A DNA stretch of 64,000 bases from Sedimentisphaerales bacterium (GTDB taxonomy: Bacteria > Planctomycetota > Phycisphaerae > Sedimentisphaerales > SM23-30), in NCBI GenBank assembly GCA_963666285.1, contig OY762711.1; one strand, written 5' to 3'. This document shows, piece after piece, positions 51,041 to 61,847 of the stretch (within the stretch, counting starts at the first letter, position 1; each line of letters begins with the position of its first letter). A program made the translations under genes and the position numbers. Under the pieces are notes generated by a model that searched no databases, was not told where the DNA came from, and was given only the letters and a program-made list of their open reading frames with translations.

Positions 51041-51223
51041 TTCATTAAGCCTTTCATTCAATATCGATAAATCTTAGCTTTTTATAATTATAATCGCCGG
51101 AGTGAAATATAGATAGCATTTTATGAAATCTATTCATCCAGCAGCAATTGTTGTCAACCTGACAATATTTCATTATTTTTAATAAAATTATTAGGGTATT
51201 GGACAAAATATACGTAGCTCTAA

Positions 51224-51404
51224 GTGCGGTTTCGCACATTTGACTGTTCAACATTACACGCAAAGGCCAGAATAGGGCCTTGTGAATGAAAAACTTTATA
51301 TTTAAATGTATTACCGAGCTATTTCTCGAAAGTATATTTAATTAAAAGCGTTGCAGGAAGGCCCTTTTAGGCGATTTTTACAACTTAAAGATTGTGAAAG
51401 TAGT
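51224..51404. mobile_element. MITE family A, 181 bp
   Basis: Highly similar to 53474-53654; 5-bp direct repeat TCTAA on both sides. Confidence 0.8.
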
Positions 51405-51433
51405 TCTAATAAGCTGCTCATAATTGTATGGTC

Positions 51434-52258
51434 TTACAGGATAACTGTTTTTCCTTTTAGCTTAGTCACTACCTGTTCTATATCTTCACGATGTGACAAG
51501 TCAAGAACACCGTCACATATTTTTACTGTTTTATAGACTTCATTCATATTATTTCGGGTATATTCTACCGCATCAGGCAATTCAAACTCTCCACGAGGAG
51601 ACTTTGAAATACTTTTACATGCTTTAATAATATTGGGACTGAATCTCCAGCAGTTCAAACTCAGGTAATGCGGCTCGGCTATAGATTCCATCTGATCTTC
51701 AGAAGGTTTTTCAATTATCTGTGTCAGGATATCATCTTGACCTGTTTCAACAATAGCAAAAGCCAAAACCCTTTCAGCCGGTATATTGCTCTGCCGAACT
51801 AATGCATCTCGCTCGAACCCAACAAGACCGGGACAGTCTAATTCGCTAAGCTTCTTTAAGGCCTCAACAGGATAATAATTATCCGAGTTAATCACTATGA
51901 AATGATCATCTTTAACGAAATCCTTTGCGGCAGCCACCGCATCAGCAGTTCCGAGAGGTTCTTCCTGGATGGCAAAACTGATACTAACCCTGTCGGCACT
52001 AACCTGCTCCTGGTAGTAATTTATAATTTCCTTATGCTCCGGCCCAACAACAAGACACACTTCTGTATAACCGGCTTCTGCCAGGTTGTGAATAACATAA
52101 TCTAAAAACGGCCTGTCAATTGGAATCATAGCTTTTATGCCGGAAGAGGCTGCTTCAGCCTGCTTTTCGCTCAGCTGCACAGATTCGTTAGATTTTCTCA
52201 TCCGGGTGCCAAGCCCTCTTGCCATTATAACAGCCTTATTAACTTTCGAATCGTTCAT
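51434..52258 (-). CDS. sugar-phosphate nucleotidyltransferase (NTP_transferase family)
   Basis: AVIMARGLGTRM, KAMIPI, QEEPLGTADA, NSDN, RGEFELPD. Confidence 0.88.
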   Translation of the reverse strand: MNDSKVNKAVIMARGLGTRMRKSNESVQLSEKQAEAASSGIKAMIPIDRPFLDYVIHNLAEAGYTEVCLVVGPEHKEIINYYQEQVSADRVSISFAIQEEPLGTADAVAAAKDFVKDDHFIVINSDNYYPVEALKKLSELDCPGLVGFERDALVRQSNIPAERVLAFAIVETGQDDILTQIIEKPSEDQMESIAEPHYLSLNCWRFSPNIIKACKSISKSPRGEFELPDAVEYTRNNMNEVYKTVKICDGVLDLSHREDIEQVVTKLKGKTVIL

Positions 52259-52274
52259 TATAATCTCCAAAATA

Positions 52275-53189
52275 TCATGCATTTTTAATGTATGAAATCG
52301 TTTGACTTAACCCTTCATCAAAACAATCTTTTAATTCAAGTCCGGTAGAAGTCAATCTCTCTATTGATGCAACTGAATCTTTAATATCACCCGGACGATT
52401 ATCCATATGGACTATTTCTGAATCTGAACATGTTAATTTAATAATTTTAGCAGCCAGCTCATTTATGCTCTGACTTTTGCCGTAAGCAGCATTATACACA
52501 CCGGTAATATCAACATGTTCGGCAAGCCATACATTAGCACGCACAATATCTTTTACAAATATGAAATCACGAGTTTGCCGTCCGTCACCATAGATATGAA
52601 TGTCATCATTGCTCATTGCCTTATTAATAAAAATCGGCACTGCAGCGGCATACGCACTGTTAGGGTCCTGCCGAGGCCCGAAAACATTAAAATATCGCAA
52701 GCATCCGGTGCTAAGCCAATTCTCTTTATTAAATAAATTACAATAATATTCACCATCCAGTTTTGTAATCGCATATGGACTTTTCGGCTCCGGAATCATG
52801 GTTTCAATTTTGGGCATAATGGGATTGTCACCATAAACAGCTGCCGAACTGCTTAAAATCAATTTTCTTGCACCTGCATCTGCTGATGCCTGCAATAAAT
52901 TCAATGTTCCATTAACATTGATATCCACACATTCAAGCGGTTTACTCATCGACTCAGGAACACTCACCATAGCCGCCAGATGAAAAATATAATCTACTCC
53001 ACTAACCGCAGCTTTGACTTTTGATTTATCAGTAACAGATCCTTCAATTAATTCAACATCAAAGCCGTCAAGATTGCGAATATAACCAGATCTGAAATTA
53101 TCCAGGACACGCACATCTGCTTTTCCTTGAAAATGTTCGACTATATGGGACCCGATAAAGCCGGCACCGCCGGTAACTAATACTTTCAT
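52275..53189 (-). CDS. NAD-dependent UDP-sugar 4-epimerase (GalE/WbpP-like)
   Basis: TGGAGFIG, SSAAVYG, YAITK, RYFNVFGPRQ. Confidence 0.9.
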   Translation of the reverse strand: MKVLVTGGAGFIGSHIVEHFQGKADVRVLDNFRSGYIRNLDGFDVELIEGSVTDKSKVKAAVSGVDYIFHLAAMVSVPESMSKPLECVDINVNGTLNLLQASADAGARKLILSSSAAVYGDNPIMPKIETMIPEPKSPYAITKLDGEYYCNLFNKENWLSTGCLRYFNVFGPRQDPNSAYAAAVPIFINKAMSNDDIHIYGDGRQTRDFIFVKDIVRANVWLAEHVDITGVYNAAYGKSQSINELAAKIIKLTCSDSEIVHMDNRPGDIKDSVASIERLTSTGLELKDCFDEGLSQTISYIKNA

Positions 53190-53473
53190 TATAATGCAAC
53201 TCCTTCAAATATACATGCATTATTGTCAATTACAATTGATAAAAGAAAAATACGCAAAATCCGAATTATCTTATCAACTAATATCATATTACAATATAAC
53301 AAGCCTCTCTCTTGCAGGCGAAGCTGTAATCAAACAGCTATAGAAACATATCTATCAACTATGGCAAGTCCCAGATTATCCAGATATCAGGACAAAATAA
53401 CACCTGCTCCTTAAATGAGTTATAATTATTTTGATAGTATTGCAATAATCTGATTAATTTGCTATCATTAATA

Positions 53474-53654
53474 GTGCGTTATCGCACTTTTGACGGTTTT
53501 ACATTACGCGTAAAGGCCGGAACAAGGCCTTGTGAATGAAAAACATTACATTTAATTGTATTTCCGAGCTATTTCTCGAAAGTATATTTAATCCAAAGTG
53601 TTACAGGAAGGCCTTTTAGGTGATTCCTGCAACTTATAAACTGCCAAAGTTTAC
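53474..53654. mobile_element. MITE family A, 181 bp
   Basis: Right end TGCCAAAGTTTAC matches the IS end TGCGAAAGTTTAC at 12/13; perfect 5-bp direct repeat TAATA. Confidence 0.85.
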
Positions 53655-53741
53655 TAATATATAATAATTAGTACCGGATTAAAAGAAAATGGACTATTGT
53701 ATCAGAACAATGGATATATGTAATGCTCAGTGAGGTATATT

Positions 53742-54629
53742 ATGAATAATATAAAGAAACAATATACAACGGAAAAACCCGGCATAGTATCAGATGCACA
53801 ATATTTTTATTACGATACAGCTCCAAACTTTAATAAACAATTAGCCATTGTCTGCGGTGGTTACGAACAGTGTGCTCCCGAATACGATATCAACAGAATT
53901 AATTATCCTTACTACTTCATCAAATATACAATCCAGGGTAAAGGGATATTAAATATAAATTCTCAGACAATTAATATAAAGCCAGGAATATTAACCGGAT
54001 TTGAATCAGGTACCGCACATCACTATACAGCAGACCCTGATGATCCTATGAAGCACTACTTTATTACATTTGTCGGCAGTGAAAGTAAATCACTTTTTTT
54101 GAAGAGCTATCTTAATAAGAAACATTATGTGGAAGTTGAAAATACAGAAGAGACATTGTTTCTCTTTCAAAAGATTATGGAACTGGGCAACTCAAGACCA
54201 GATAACTCCCAGGAGATATGCTGCAGCTACCTGCGAATTATCCTTCTAGAGCATGCACTAAAAAGTGTAAAGGCTAAAGCATGTTTTTCCATGTCCATGG
54301 TAACCTACCAGGAATGTAAACATTATATAGATTCAAATTTTTCTACTATTAGCTCTATTATTGAAGTTGCTCATAAATGCAAAGTTGATGCTAGATATAT
54401 GTCTTCCCTTTTTAAACGGTATTGTCATATTTCTCCCAGCCAATATCTAATGAGACTCAAACTAAACAAAGCGGCAAACCTGCTTTTAAATTCTGATATG
54501 ACTATCAAAGAAATTTCTCATGAAATAGGCTTTACCGACCAATACCATTTTTCAAGAAATTTCAAAAAATATCATGGCGTAAGTCCAAAGCACTATCGAA
54601 ACAAACACTTAGGTGATTATAACAGTTAA
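53742..54629 (+). CDS. AraC-family transcriptional regulator
   Basis: Cupin-like N-terminus; SPSQYL...IKEISHEIGFTDQYHFSRNFKKYHGVSP. Confidence 0.93.
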   Translation: MNNIKKQYTTEKPGIVSDAQYFYYDTAPNFNKQLAIVCGGYEQCAPEYDINRINYPYYFIKYTIQGKGILNINSQTINIKPGILTGFESGTAHHYTADPDDPMKHYFITFVGSESKSLFLKSYLNKKHYVEVENTEETLFLFQKIMELGNSRPDNSQEICCSYLRIILLEHALKSVKAKACFSMSMVTYQECKHYIDSNFSTISSIIEVAHKCKVDARYMSSLFKRYCHISPSQYLMRLKLNKAANLLLNSDMTIKEISHEIGFTDQYHFSRNFKKYHGVSPKHYRNKHLGDYNS

Positions 54630-54683
54630 GGGCACTTCCAAAAAGTCACCTCAAATAGAAGTAATTTTCAGAAGTACCCTTTA

Positions 54684-54839
54684 GGCAACCACTGAAAATT
54701 CATTTTGAGCGACTAGTTTTTCTTTTGCCTGCTGACATGCGTCACATAAAACAGTGAATATTGCCCAATATGCACGATTTTATGTTCCTTGTCAGTAAAT
54801 CTTAAACTATCGCATCAGAAGCAATTTCCAGAGGTCACC
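54684..54839. mobile_element. palindromic MITE family B, copy 2 (inverted)
   Basis: Reverse complement matches 19107-19265; TTTA flanks. Confidence 0.8.
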
Positions 54840-54864
54840 TTTAGTATTATCAGCATGTGTCTTA

Positions 54865-56334
54865 TTATTCAAGGTTAAGCGAGATAACAAATGGTCTATC
54901 CGCTTGCTTATCCTTTAGTATAATAAAGAACTCATCGCTGTCATATTTTTCTATCTCAAGAGTTGTGCCATCTTTCAGCAGATTGGCAGAAGCAATCTTT
55001 TTACCTTTAGGCAGCTGCACTTTGAGCCATCCGGAAACCGGGACATTACATACTACCATAAATAACTTTCCGGTATCCATATTTCTGGTATAGTAGCCCC
55101 AGTCCATCTTCTTAAGTCCGGCATAGCCGCAACCGTAGATAGCCGGGCTGTTAACCTTCATCCATTGGCCGATTTCCCTGGCGAATTTAACTTCCTCATC
55201 ACGGAAGCTGCCATCACCTTTAGGCCCAAAGTTCAGCAGAAAATTACCATTCAGAGACACGCTGTAAACCAGCATTTCTATCAGTTCATTTGATGTTTTA
55301 ACATGGCTGACACTCCAGTCTTTGTGATATCCCCACTGGTTCTCCGGAACAGTCATACAACATTCCCAGTCACGTTTTACCACCTTTGCAACCAGGTCAT
55401 TATCACGAATATCAGGCAGACGCCGTTCGTACCCGGATTCATAGTCACCCATTAAATCACCATTGGAATCAAAGTGACGTTTGCCGAAATCATCTGCACG
55501 CATACGACTATTAACGATCAGGCCGGGGCGTTTTTCTTTTAGCAGCTTTTCTAACTCATACGAAAACTTACCATTCATCTTCCAGCATTTATCCCATGTG
55601 CCGTCAAACCACAACCCCTTTACAGACGGATATCGTTCTACTAGCTCAACCAACTGGTTCTTAGTAAACTCCTTAAACCGGTCAAACGCCTCTTCATCTT
55701 TTTCGGTCTTGATATTATAACGCCAGTCAGGATTGTACCAGTCCAGCACTGAATAATAAAAATAGACATCAATTCCGGCAGCCGTATAAGCATCGGTAAA
55801 TTCCTTCAGAAGGTCTTTTTTATATGGAGTGCTTTCAATATCAAAATCTGTATACTTACTCGGCCACATGCAAAATCCTTCGTGATGTTTGGTAGTCAGG
55901 CAAACATATTTAACACCCAGATCTTTTGCCATTGCAGCCCATTCTTCAGCATTGAATTTTTCTATGCTAAACTGATGGCGTAAATCAGCCCATTCTTCTT
56001 TAGATACCTTAGCCGAAGCTTTGAGAAACTCCGCGGCGTAATTATATGTTTTCCCTTCCCAGATTCCTCCAGGAATTGCGTATAGTCCCCAATGGATAAA
56101 CTGGCCAAACCGGTTATCCCGCCATTTTTCCATCGCCGGGTCAGTACGTTTTTCATAATTAAGCGGACCATACTGCAGTAACACCTTTTTGGATTGCCGT
56201 ATATCTTCATGTTTAGCCTGATTCTCCTCAGGTTCACCCATGCCGGCTTTGTTGGCATCTGCCTGAAGAGAGCATGTATTGATAAATACAAAAGTTACAA
56301 CTAAAAAGCATAATATTTTTTTACATATTTCCAT
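54865..56334 (-). CDS. GH29 alpha-L-fucosidase
   Basis: FGQFIHWGLY, TTKHHEGF, LWFDG, LLNFGP; signal peptide. Confidence 0.93.
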   Translation of the reverse strand: MEICKKILCFLVVTFVFINTCSLQADANKAGMGEPEENQAKHEDIRQSKKVLLQYGPLNYEKRTDPAMEKWRDNRFGQFIHWGLYAIPGGIWEGKTYNYAAEFLKASAKVSKEEWADLRHQFSIEKFNAEEWAAMAKDLGVKYVCLTTKHHEGFCMWPSKYTDFDIESTPYKKDLLKEFTDAYTAAGIDVYFYYSVLDWYNPDWRYNIKTEKDEEAFDRFKEFTKNQLVELVERYPSVKGLWFDGTWDKCWKMNGKFSYELEKLLKEKRPGLIVNSRMRADDFGKRHFDSNGDLMGDYESGYERRLPDIRDNDLVAKVVKRDWECCMTVPENQWGYHKDWSVSHVKTSNELIEMLVYSVSLNGNFLLNFGPKGDGSFRDEEVKFAREIGQWMKVNSPAIYGCGYAGLKKMDWGYYTRNMDTGKLFMVVCNVPVSGWLKVQLPKGKKIASANLLKDGTTLEIEKYDSDEFFIILKDKQADRPFVISLNLE

Positions 56335-56466
56335 ATTATCTACCTTTCATCTTAAAAAATATATACATTTGTTTTTATTAAAATTATTTGCTGCCACCCC
56401 CACATGACACTGATTACCACACAAAAATGACTACCAGGTTTTATTACTGCGGCAACTACCGGCTTC

Positions 56467-59325
56467 TTATCTGAATATATACCATATTGAATCTTTTGCC
56501 GGAACCGTAACCTTGAGTTCTATCGAGTAATCTCTTGACATATTCATTTCGGTTACTTTACCATCCTGAAACTCTATTTTCACATTGTCCTTCAGTCCGG
56601 TATAATACAGCGGCACTTTAATAACCTTTTCAACCTCACAGTTCAGCGGATTATGTATAACAAGAAGCCCCTTCTCATCTGAAGACGGATTAACATGCAT
56701 AATATAATCTATATCCCCGCCATCCGGCCTTCGCAAATGGATAATATCCGAGTCCAGTATCTGACGATGTTTTTTATAGAAATCAACCCACTTACTGACA
56801 ACAGCCATGGTCTCCGGCGCATCATATAATCTCGGTCCGCGATAGGCTGCCTGTACGCCAGATGTAAAAAGAGTTCTCAGTCTTGTTTCATAATGATCAA
56901 GATGTTCTTTGAGCGGCTCAATCGTAGCAGCAGCACCACCGCCATGATATTGCGTTAACGGGACAAACATCCATCCCATTGAAGCAGTTTTATCAAAGGT
57001 GCCGTCAAAGATATTCTGTCTTTCGATTATCTCCTGATATTCACGCGGTAAAGACCAGTTGGTCTCTACATAGCCCATAGCTGTTTTGCTGGAGCCATTC
57101 AAAAAATACCAATCCGGAACGTTCAGATAAATACCCTGGCTCCTGCACCATCGATAGAAATCCCTGATCTGCTCCCATTGTTTCCATTGAGAGTCTTCAT
57201 ATGATCTATGCCCGAGATGGTCAGTAGAGGCACACTTGTCTCCCGGATAAGAACCATCATGTTCAAACACATTTAAGCCGGTTTCATTAAACAGATTACG
57301 CAGAGTATCGAAATAATTTAGTCCCCAATCGCTGCACAAACACGGGGATGCACCAAATTTAGCACCTCCGGGTTTACCGGACTTAACATCGATTACAAGG
57401 TTTTCCGGCTTACCACCGCGACTTGCCAGCAGAGAATATCCCCCCAGGGCAATCCCCCTGCTCTTGGCATAATCTGCAAGTTCTTTTATCTGGGCCAGAT
57501 ACTCCGGCGAACTGTTTTCAGCCTGAAAACCGCTCCAGAATGTCATGATAACCATTTCAAAACCAACCTCAGCGCACTGATCGATTGCCAATTTAACCGC
57601 TTCAGGCCTGGCACTGCGAACATGCATAAAGATCGGATTCTCCTGCGACCATGGTGCTATAGTACGCCACATTTTCCTGCGCTGCAAGCCTCTGCGTTCC
57701 AGGTCGGTAGAATCCTGCAGTAACTCGAACACCCGGAAAGATTGCCAGTTCCCACCAGATGCAATGTCAAGCTCCGGACCAAGCGGTGCCCTGCAGATAA
57801 GCCGGCACGGGTGGTACAAACCATAATACCTTATACCCGTTTTTTCATATTCAGGATGGTCATGTTCCCAGAAAACAGCATCATTGTCCTTCATTGCTTC
57901 CATGTCACCGCCAAACGCATAGTCTGTCACAACATGCAGCGGTGTAAACCTGTCTATCAACTCAACAGGATTCTCCGCATAAAGCTTTGGAGTAGATTCG
58001 ACCATGGCCAGAATCTCGGCAGTAAAACTGTTTAATCTGACAGTTTTTTTACTGTTATTTTTCAACTCAACCCACTTAGACATCAATGGGATGCCGTCAT
58101 ATAACTCATAATGAACCGATATATCCAGATTTGCTATAGGAAGATCCGGATCAAAAACCTTTTCATCTTCCGGCATATCTCCCATCGCGATAAAATCACT
58201 TACTTTACAATTATGAATCTCGCCGATCGAATTATGATCGTTATTACCCCCGCAATGAGACATTTTACCGATCCTGACAGACTTCGGATCAGTCCAGAGC
58301 CAGCTAACATCTTTGGATAAGACAGTTTCCCACTGTTGGGCATCTATTGATGCGGAACAAACAAGTTTTCCCGGCTCAAGCTCAATCCTAAGATAATAAG
58401 GCCGATTTCCGGCATAATAATTAACCAAAGTTTCAAAGCTGTCTGGCGAAGAGCTGTTTATACTGAAACAATTCTGGCCCGGTCTCAAGCCGAATTTTAT
58501 ACCATGTTTATCCCATAACAATGCCAGCCCCGGCCCCCAGGCACAACTGCTGTCAGTTCCCGGCTCAACCAGGCATTGTACAACACGCGTGCCGGCCGGC
58601 AATTTTCTTTCGGCAAAAACACAGCTATGATCATGTGCCCTTATCGAACCAAAGACACCATGAAGTGTAAAGGTAGAATCCTTATCAGCTGAAGTAACAA
58701 ATTGTTCCCATGACTTATCCACCTGAACCATTTTATCAGAAATCAAAACAGGTCTTTTTATGGAAGAATCTGCCTTTAAGCATAGTATTTTACCCGCCTT
58801 GTAATTGAATGTTAATGACACTCCCTTTGGCGGCCAGGAAAGATCCTGCGACATCCATTCCGGATGTTTCTTCCAGGGGAAACGTTCGGTTGTCTTGCCG
58901 ATTTTATAATCAACTAACTCAAAAGCCAGCGGATTAGCTTTTAATTTATCAATCCAGTCTTCAAGTAAGAAATTCTGGATAGGCTGACCAATAAGCCCTC
59001 CTACCTCATACATCCTGCCGTCAATTGTCAAAAGTGCCTCTGGTCGAACGGAACGCAGTTCATTCGCACCGGTCATAAGGTTTTCCAGCGCTACCGTAGC
59101 AGCATTGGGACTAATGCGAAATACCCGCCTGACCAATCCATTGGTTAATTCCACGGTATTGTTATTTGCATTCTCAATAACTTTGGCATCAAAACCTGAA
59201 GGATCTAATATCCAGTCTTTTTTCAATATTGTCGGGTTATTCGCCAGAACCGGCACCGAACAAAGTAACAGTAATAATACCAGATTTTTGATACAATTTA
59301 TTTTCACGCTATACAGCTCCTGCAT
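56467..59325 (-). CDS. secreted alpha-galactosidase-like (clan GH-D-like) glycoside hydrolase with inserted beta-sandwich region
   Basis: Signal peptide; TIM-barrel-like region with FEHDGSYPGD; family assignment tentative. Confidence 0.55.
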   Translation of the reverse strand: MQELYSVKINCIKNLVLLLLLCSVPVLANNPTILKKDWILDPSGFDAKVIENANNNTVELTNGLVRRVFRISPNAATVALENLMTGANELRSVRPEALLTIDGRMYEVGGLIGQPIQNFLLEDWIDKLKANPLAFELVDYKIGKTTERFPWKKHPEWMSQDLSWPPKGVSLTFNYKAGKILCLKADSSIKRPVLISDKMVQVDKSWEQFVTSADKDSTFTLHGVFGSIRAHDHSCVFAERKLPAGTRVVQCLVEPGTDSSCAWGPGLALLWDKHGIKFGLRPGQNCFSINSSSPDSFETLVNYYAGNRPYYLRIELEPGKLVCSASIDAQQWETVLSKDVSWLWTDPKSVRIGKMSHCGGNNDHNSIGEIHNCKVSDFIAMGDMPEDEKVFDPDLPIANLDISVHYELYDGIPLMSKWVELKNNSKKTVRLNSFTAEILAMVESTPKLYAENPVELIDRFTPLHVVTDYAFGGDMEAMKDNDAVFWEHDHPEYEKTGIRYYGLYHPCRLICRAPLGPELDIASGGNWQSFRVFELLQDSTDLERRGLQRRKMWRTIAPWSQENPIFMHVRSARPEAVKLAIDQCAEVGFEMVIMTFWSGFQAENSSPEYLAQIKELADYAKSRGIALGGYSLLASRGGKPENLVIDVKSGKPGGAKFGASPCLCSDWGLNYFDTLRNLFNETGLNVFEHDGSYPGDKCASTDHLGHRSYEDSQWKQWEQIRDFYRWCRSQGIYLNVPDWYFLNGSSKTAMGYVETNWSLPREYQEIIERQNIFDGTFDKTASMGWMFVPLTQYHGGGAAATIEPLKEHLDHYETRLRTLFTSGVQAAYRGPRLYDAPETMAVVSKWVDFYKKHRQILDSDIIHLRRPDGGDIDYIMHVNPSSDEKGLLVIHNPLNCEVEKVIKVPLYYTGLKDNVKIEFQDGKVTEMNMSRDYSIELKVTVPAKDSIWYIFR

Positions 59326-59346
59326 TATTCATTCATATAAAATAGA

Positions 59347-61827
59347 CTACTTTTTAAGTCCTTGAATATCTACTTCACATATCGCACTAAAGCCGGTCTT
59401 GTTATTGCCATGACAGCGTAACCGGATATAATTTGCTTCCATCGGCTGAAATTCATAATATTCCATACCGTTTTCCTGACGATTAGTTCCTTTAAAGACC
59501 TGCTGCCATACCTGGCCGTCAAAAGAAAATTCCACTTCAAAAGGATATATCCGCTCACGGCCTTTATACCATGCGATGCCAAGCTTGCCGATTTTCACCT
59601 CTTTTTCCATGACATACCTGATCCAGGGATTATCTTCATCCGTACTCCAGTATGTATTCATGCTGCCATCAATTGTATTTTCCGGGAGAGACTTCTTCGA
59701 TTCCTCAAAGCTGCTTGCCAGGGCTATCTTTCTTGCATCTTCCTCTGCCCTGGCTTTGGCTAAAGCTTTGGCAGCCACTGAATCAACATACCAAGTACAG
59801 TTATCTGTATATGTTTTATCATCTCGAACAGCAGAAGCCTCAATGACATTTTTACCTTCTGACAATACTGCATCGCAAGTATAAATTGCATACCCTGCCG
59901 ATTTAATATCAACATTCGTACCGTTTATTTTCAACCGAACCTCAGCACAATTAGAATACACCTTAATCTCAGCCATGTCCGATGAACGATCAATCAGTCT
60001 GCGGTCGCGTATATACAAAACCGGCTCATCAGACCAGTTTGCCTTATAGAAATAAAATGAATCCTTCTTAACTGAACGATCATAGGTAACAAGCCCTTTA
60101 TGGTTAAGCCCTTTTGTGCCGCCTCTATTCCAGCCGGGCACACAGAAATCGAACATATTCCAGAGATAGCTTCCCCATATAAATGGATGCTGCTCAATTG
60201 CAGCCCATTGAACTTCATGCATATCAGTCTGATACTGCTCGGCAAAAAACTTACCGGAAATCGGATTCGCCTTAGTCGGATTTTCTGACTGATGAGCTAT
60301 GTTAGCACCACAGCCGTATTCGGCAATACAAACAAAATTATCAGGTCTTTTTTCTTTTGTTCCCTTGATCCAGTTTGCCATATCATCACTTCTGCCATAA
60401 TACCAACCAAAATAGCGGTTACAACCCTGTAGATCAGCATGAAGATCCATTGAACGTTCCAGGCTGCCAAACCCACTAACAGAAACGGTCCAACGATCAG
60501 GATCCTCAGTTTTCGCGATATCATGCAGCTCGCGGGTCAAAAGAACAGGATAGTCGGTCGATCTCTTTGCATAGACTTCATTATGCAGGCCCCAGATAAA
60601 AATTGATGGATGGTTATAGTTCTGTCGAACAAGTTCCAGCATCTGCTGCTTAGCATTGTCACGTTCCTGTCCGGTATAAGTATTAACAAAAGGTATCTCT
60701 GCCCAGACAACCAGCCCCAGTTGATCACAATACGAATATACATACTCTGCCTGCTGGTAATGAGCCAGTCTGACTGACGTAGTACCCATTTCATATATCA
60801 TATCGAAATCTGTTTTGTGCTGAGAATCAGATAAAGCACTGCCGCAATCTTTCCATTCCTGATGGCGGCAAACGCCATAAAGCCGATACGGCTTGCCGTT
60901 AAGTATAAAGCCCATATCCGGGTCCATTCTGTAATAGCGAATGCCCAGCGGCTGAACAACAGCATCTACCAGTTTATTACCATCAAAAACTTCAACTTTA
61001 AGCTGATAAAGATAAGGATCCGGACGGCCGTTCCAAAGATGTGGGTTATCGATATGTAAGGTTTGACGTGCGGTTGTTACTACAGTAGGTATTACTGAAT
61101 AGTTATCTTTCGCAGTAACAACAACTTTTCCACCGGCATCAATAATCGATGTTTTGAGGGTCAGGTCTTTTTTTAGAATGGTACCGTTTTCGAGCTTTGA
61201 CCTGACATTTATTGTTGCCGAATTATGGCTTACATCCTGCTGCTGAATATATACCCCGGGCGAAGCATAGTCAATCGGGGTAATACATACCTCATCAGTT
61301 ACAATCAGTGAAACAGGTCTGTAAATACCGCCAAACACCATAAACAGGTTTCGATTAACAGGAATTATGTCGGGGCGAGCTTTATTGTCGACCTTTACCA
61401 GGATTATGTTTTGCTCGCCAAACTTCAGTGCCGGGGTAATCTCAAAACAAAAAGCTGCATAGGATCCTTTGTGTTCGCCGACAAGTATGCCATTAACATA
61501 AACACCGGCAACCTGTCCAACACCTTCAAAACGAAGAAAGAAACGTTTATCCTTTTGAGATTTATCAACTAAAATAGTCTTCGTATAACAGCCTGTTCCG
61601 GAATAATATTTACCTCCTGATTGAGCATCTGTATCATTCCAGGTATGAGGCAGGTCAACCTTTTGCCACTCTAATACCGTGTCAGACGGAGCTGTCACAT
61701 CAACGTCAGATTTAACAAACTGCCATTCGGCATTAAGGTCTTTAACCTCACGCGCATCCAGTTCCAGACAAATCACATTACTAAATACCAACGCTGATAA
61801 CAGCATTATTTTTTGCAGGTATAACAT
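59347..61827 (-). CDS. GH2 beta-glycosidase with C-terminal F5/8-type C domain
   Basis: LPHTWN, FEGV, GGIYR, GVCRHQ, RLAHY, WGLHNE, AEYG, NHKGL. Confidence 0.93.
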   Translation of the reverse strand: MLYLQKIMLLSALVFSNVICLELDAREVKDLNAEWQFVKSDVDVTAPSDTVLEWQKVDLPHTWNDTDAQSGGKYYSGTGCYTKTILVDKSQKDKRFFLRFEGVGQVAGVYVNGILVGEHKGSYAAFCFEITPALKFGEQNIILVKVDNKARPDIIPVNRNLFMVFGGIYRPVSLIVTDEVCITPIDYASPGVYIQQQDVSHNSATINVRSKLENGTILKKDLTLKTSIIDAGGKVVVTAKDNYSVIPTVVTTARQTLHIDNPHLWNGRPDPYLYQLKVEVFDGNKLVDAVVQPLGIRYYRMDPDMGFILNGKPYRLYGVCRHQEWKDCGSALSDSQHKTDFDMIYEMGTTSVRLAHYQQAEYVYSYCDQLGLVVWAEIPFVNTYTGQERDNAKQQMLELVRQNYNHPSIFIWGLHNEVYAKRSTDYPVLLTRELHDIAKTEDPDRWTVSVSGFGSLERSMDLHADLQGCNRYFGWYYGRSDDMANWIKGTKEKRPDNFVCIAEYGCGANIAHQSENPTKANPISGKFFAEQYQTDMHEVQWAAIEQHPFIWGSYLWNMFDFCVPGWNRGGTKGLNHKGLVTYDRSVKKDSFYFYKANWSDEPVLYIRDRRLIDRSSDMAEIKVYSNCAEVRLKINGTNVDIKSAGYAIYTCDAVLSEGKNVIEASAVRDDKTYTDNCTWYVDSVAAKALAKARAEEDARKIALASSFEESKKSLPENTIDGSMNTYWSTDEDNPWIRYVMEKEVKIGKLGIAWYKGRERIYPFEVEFSFDGQVWQQVFKGTNRQENGMEYYEFQPMEANYIRLRCHGNNKTGFSAICEVDIQGLKK

Positions 61828-61847
61828 TCTATAAGGCTCCTGATATC

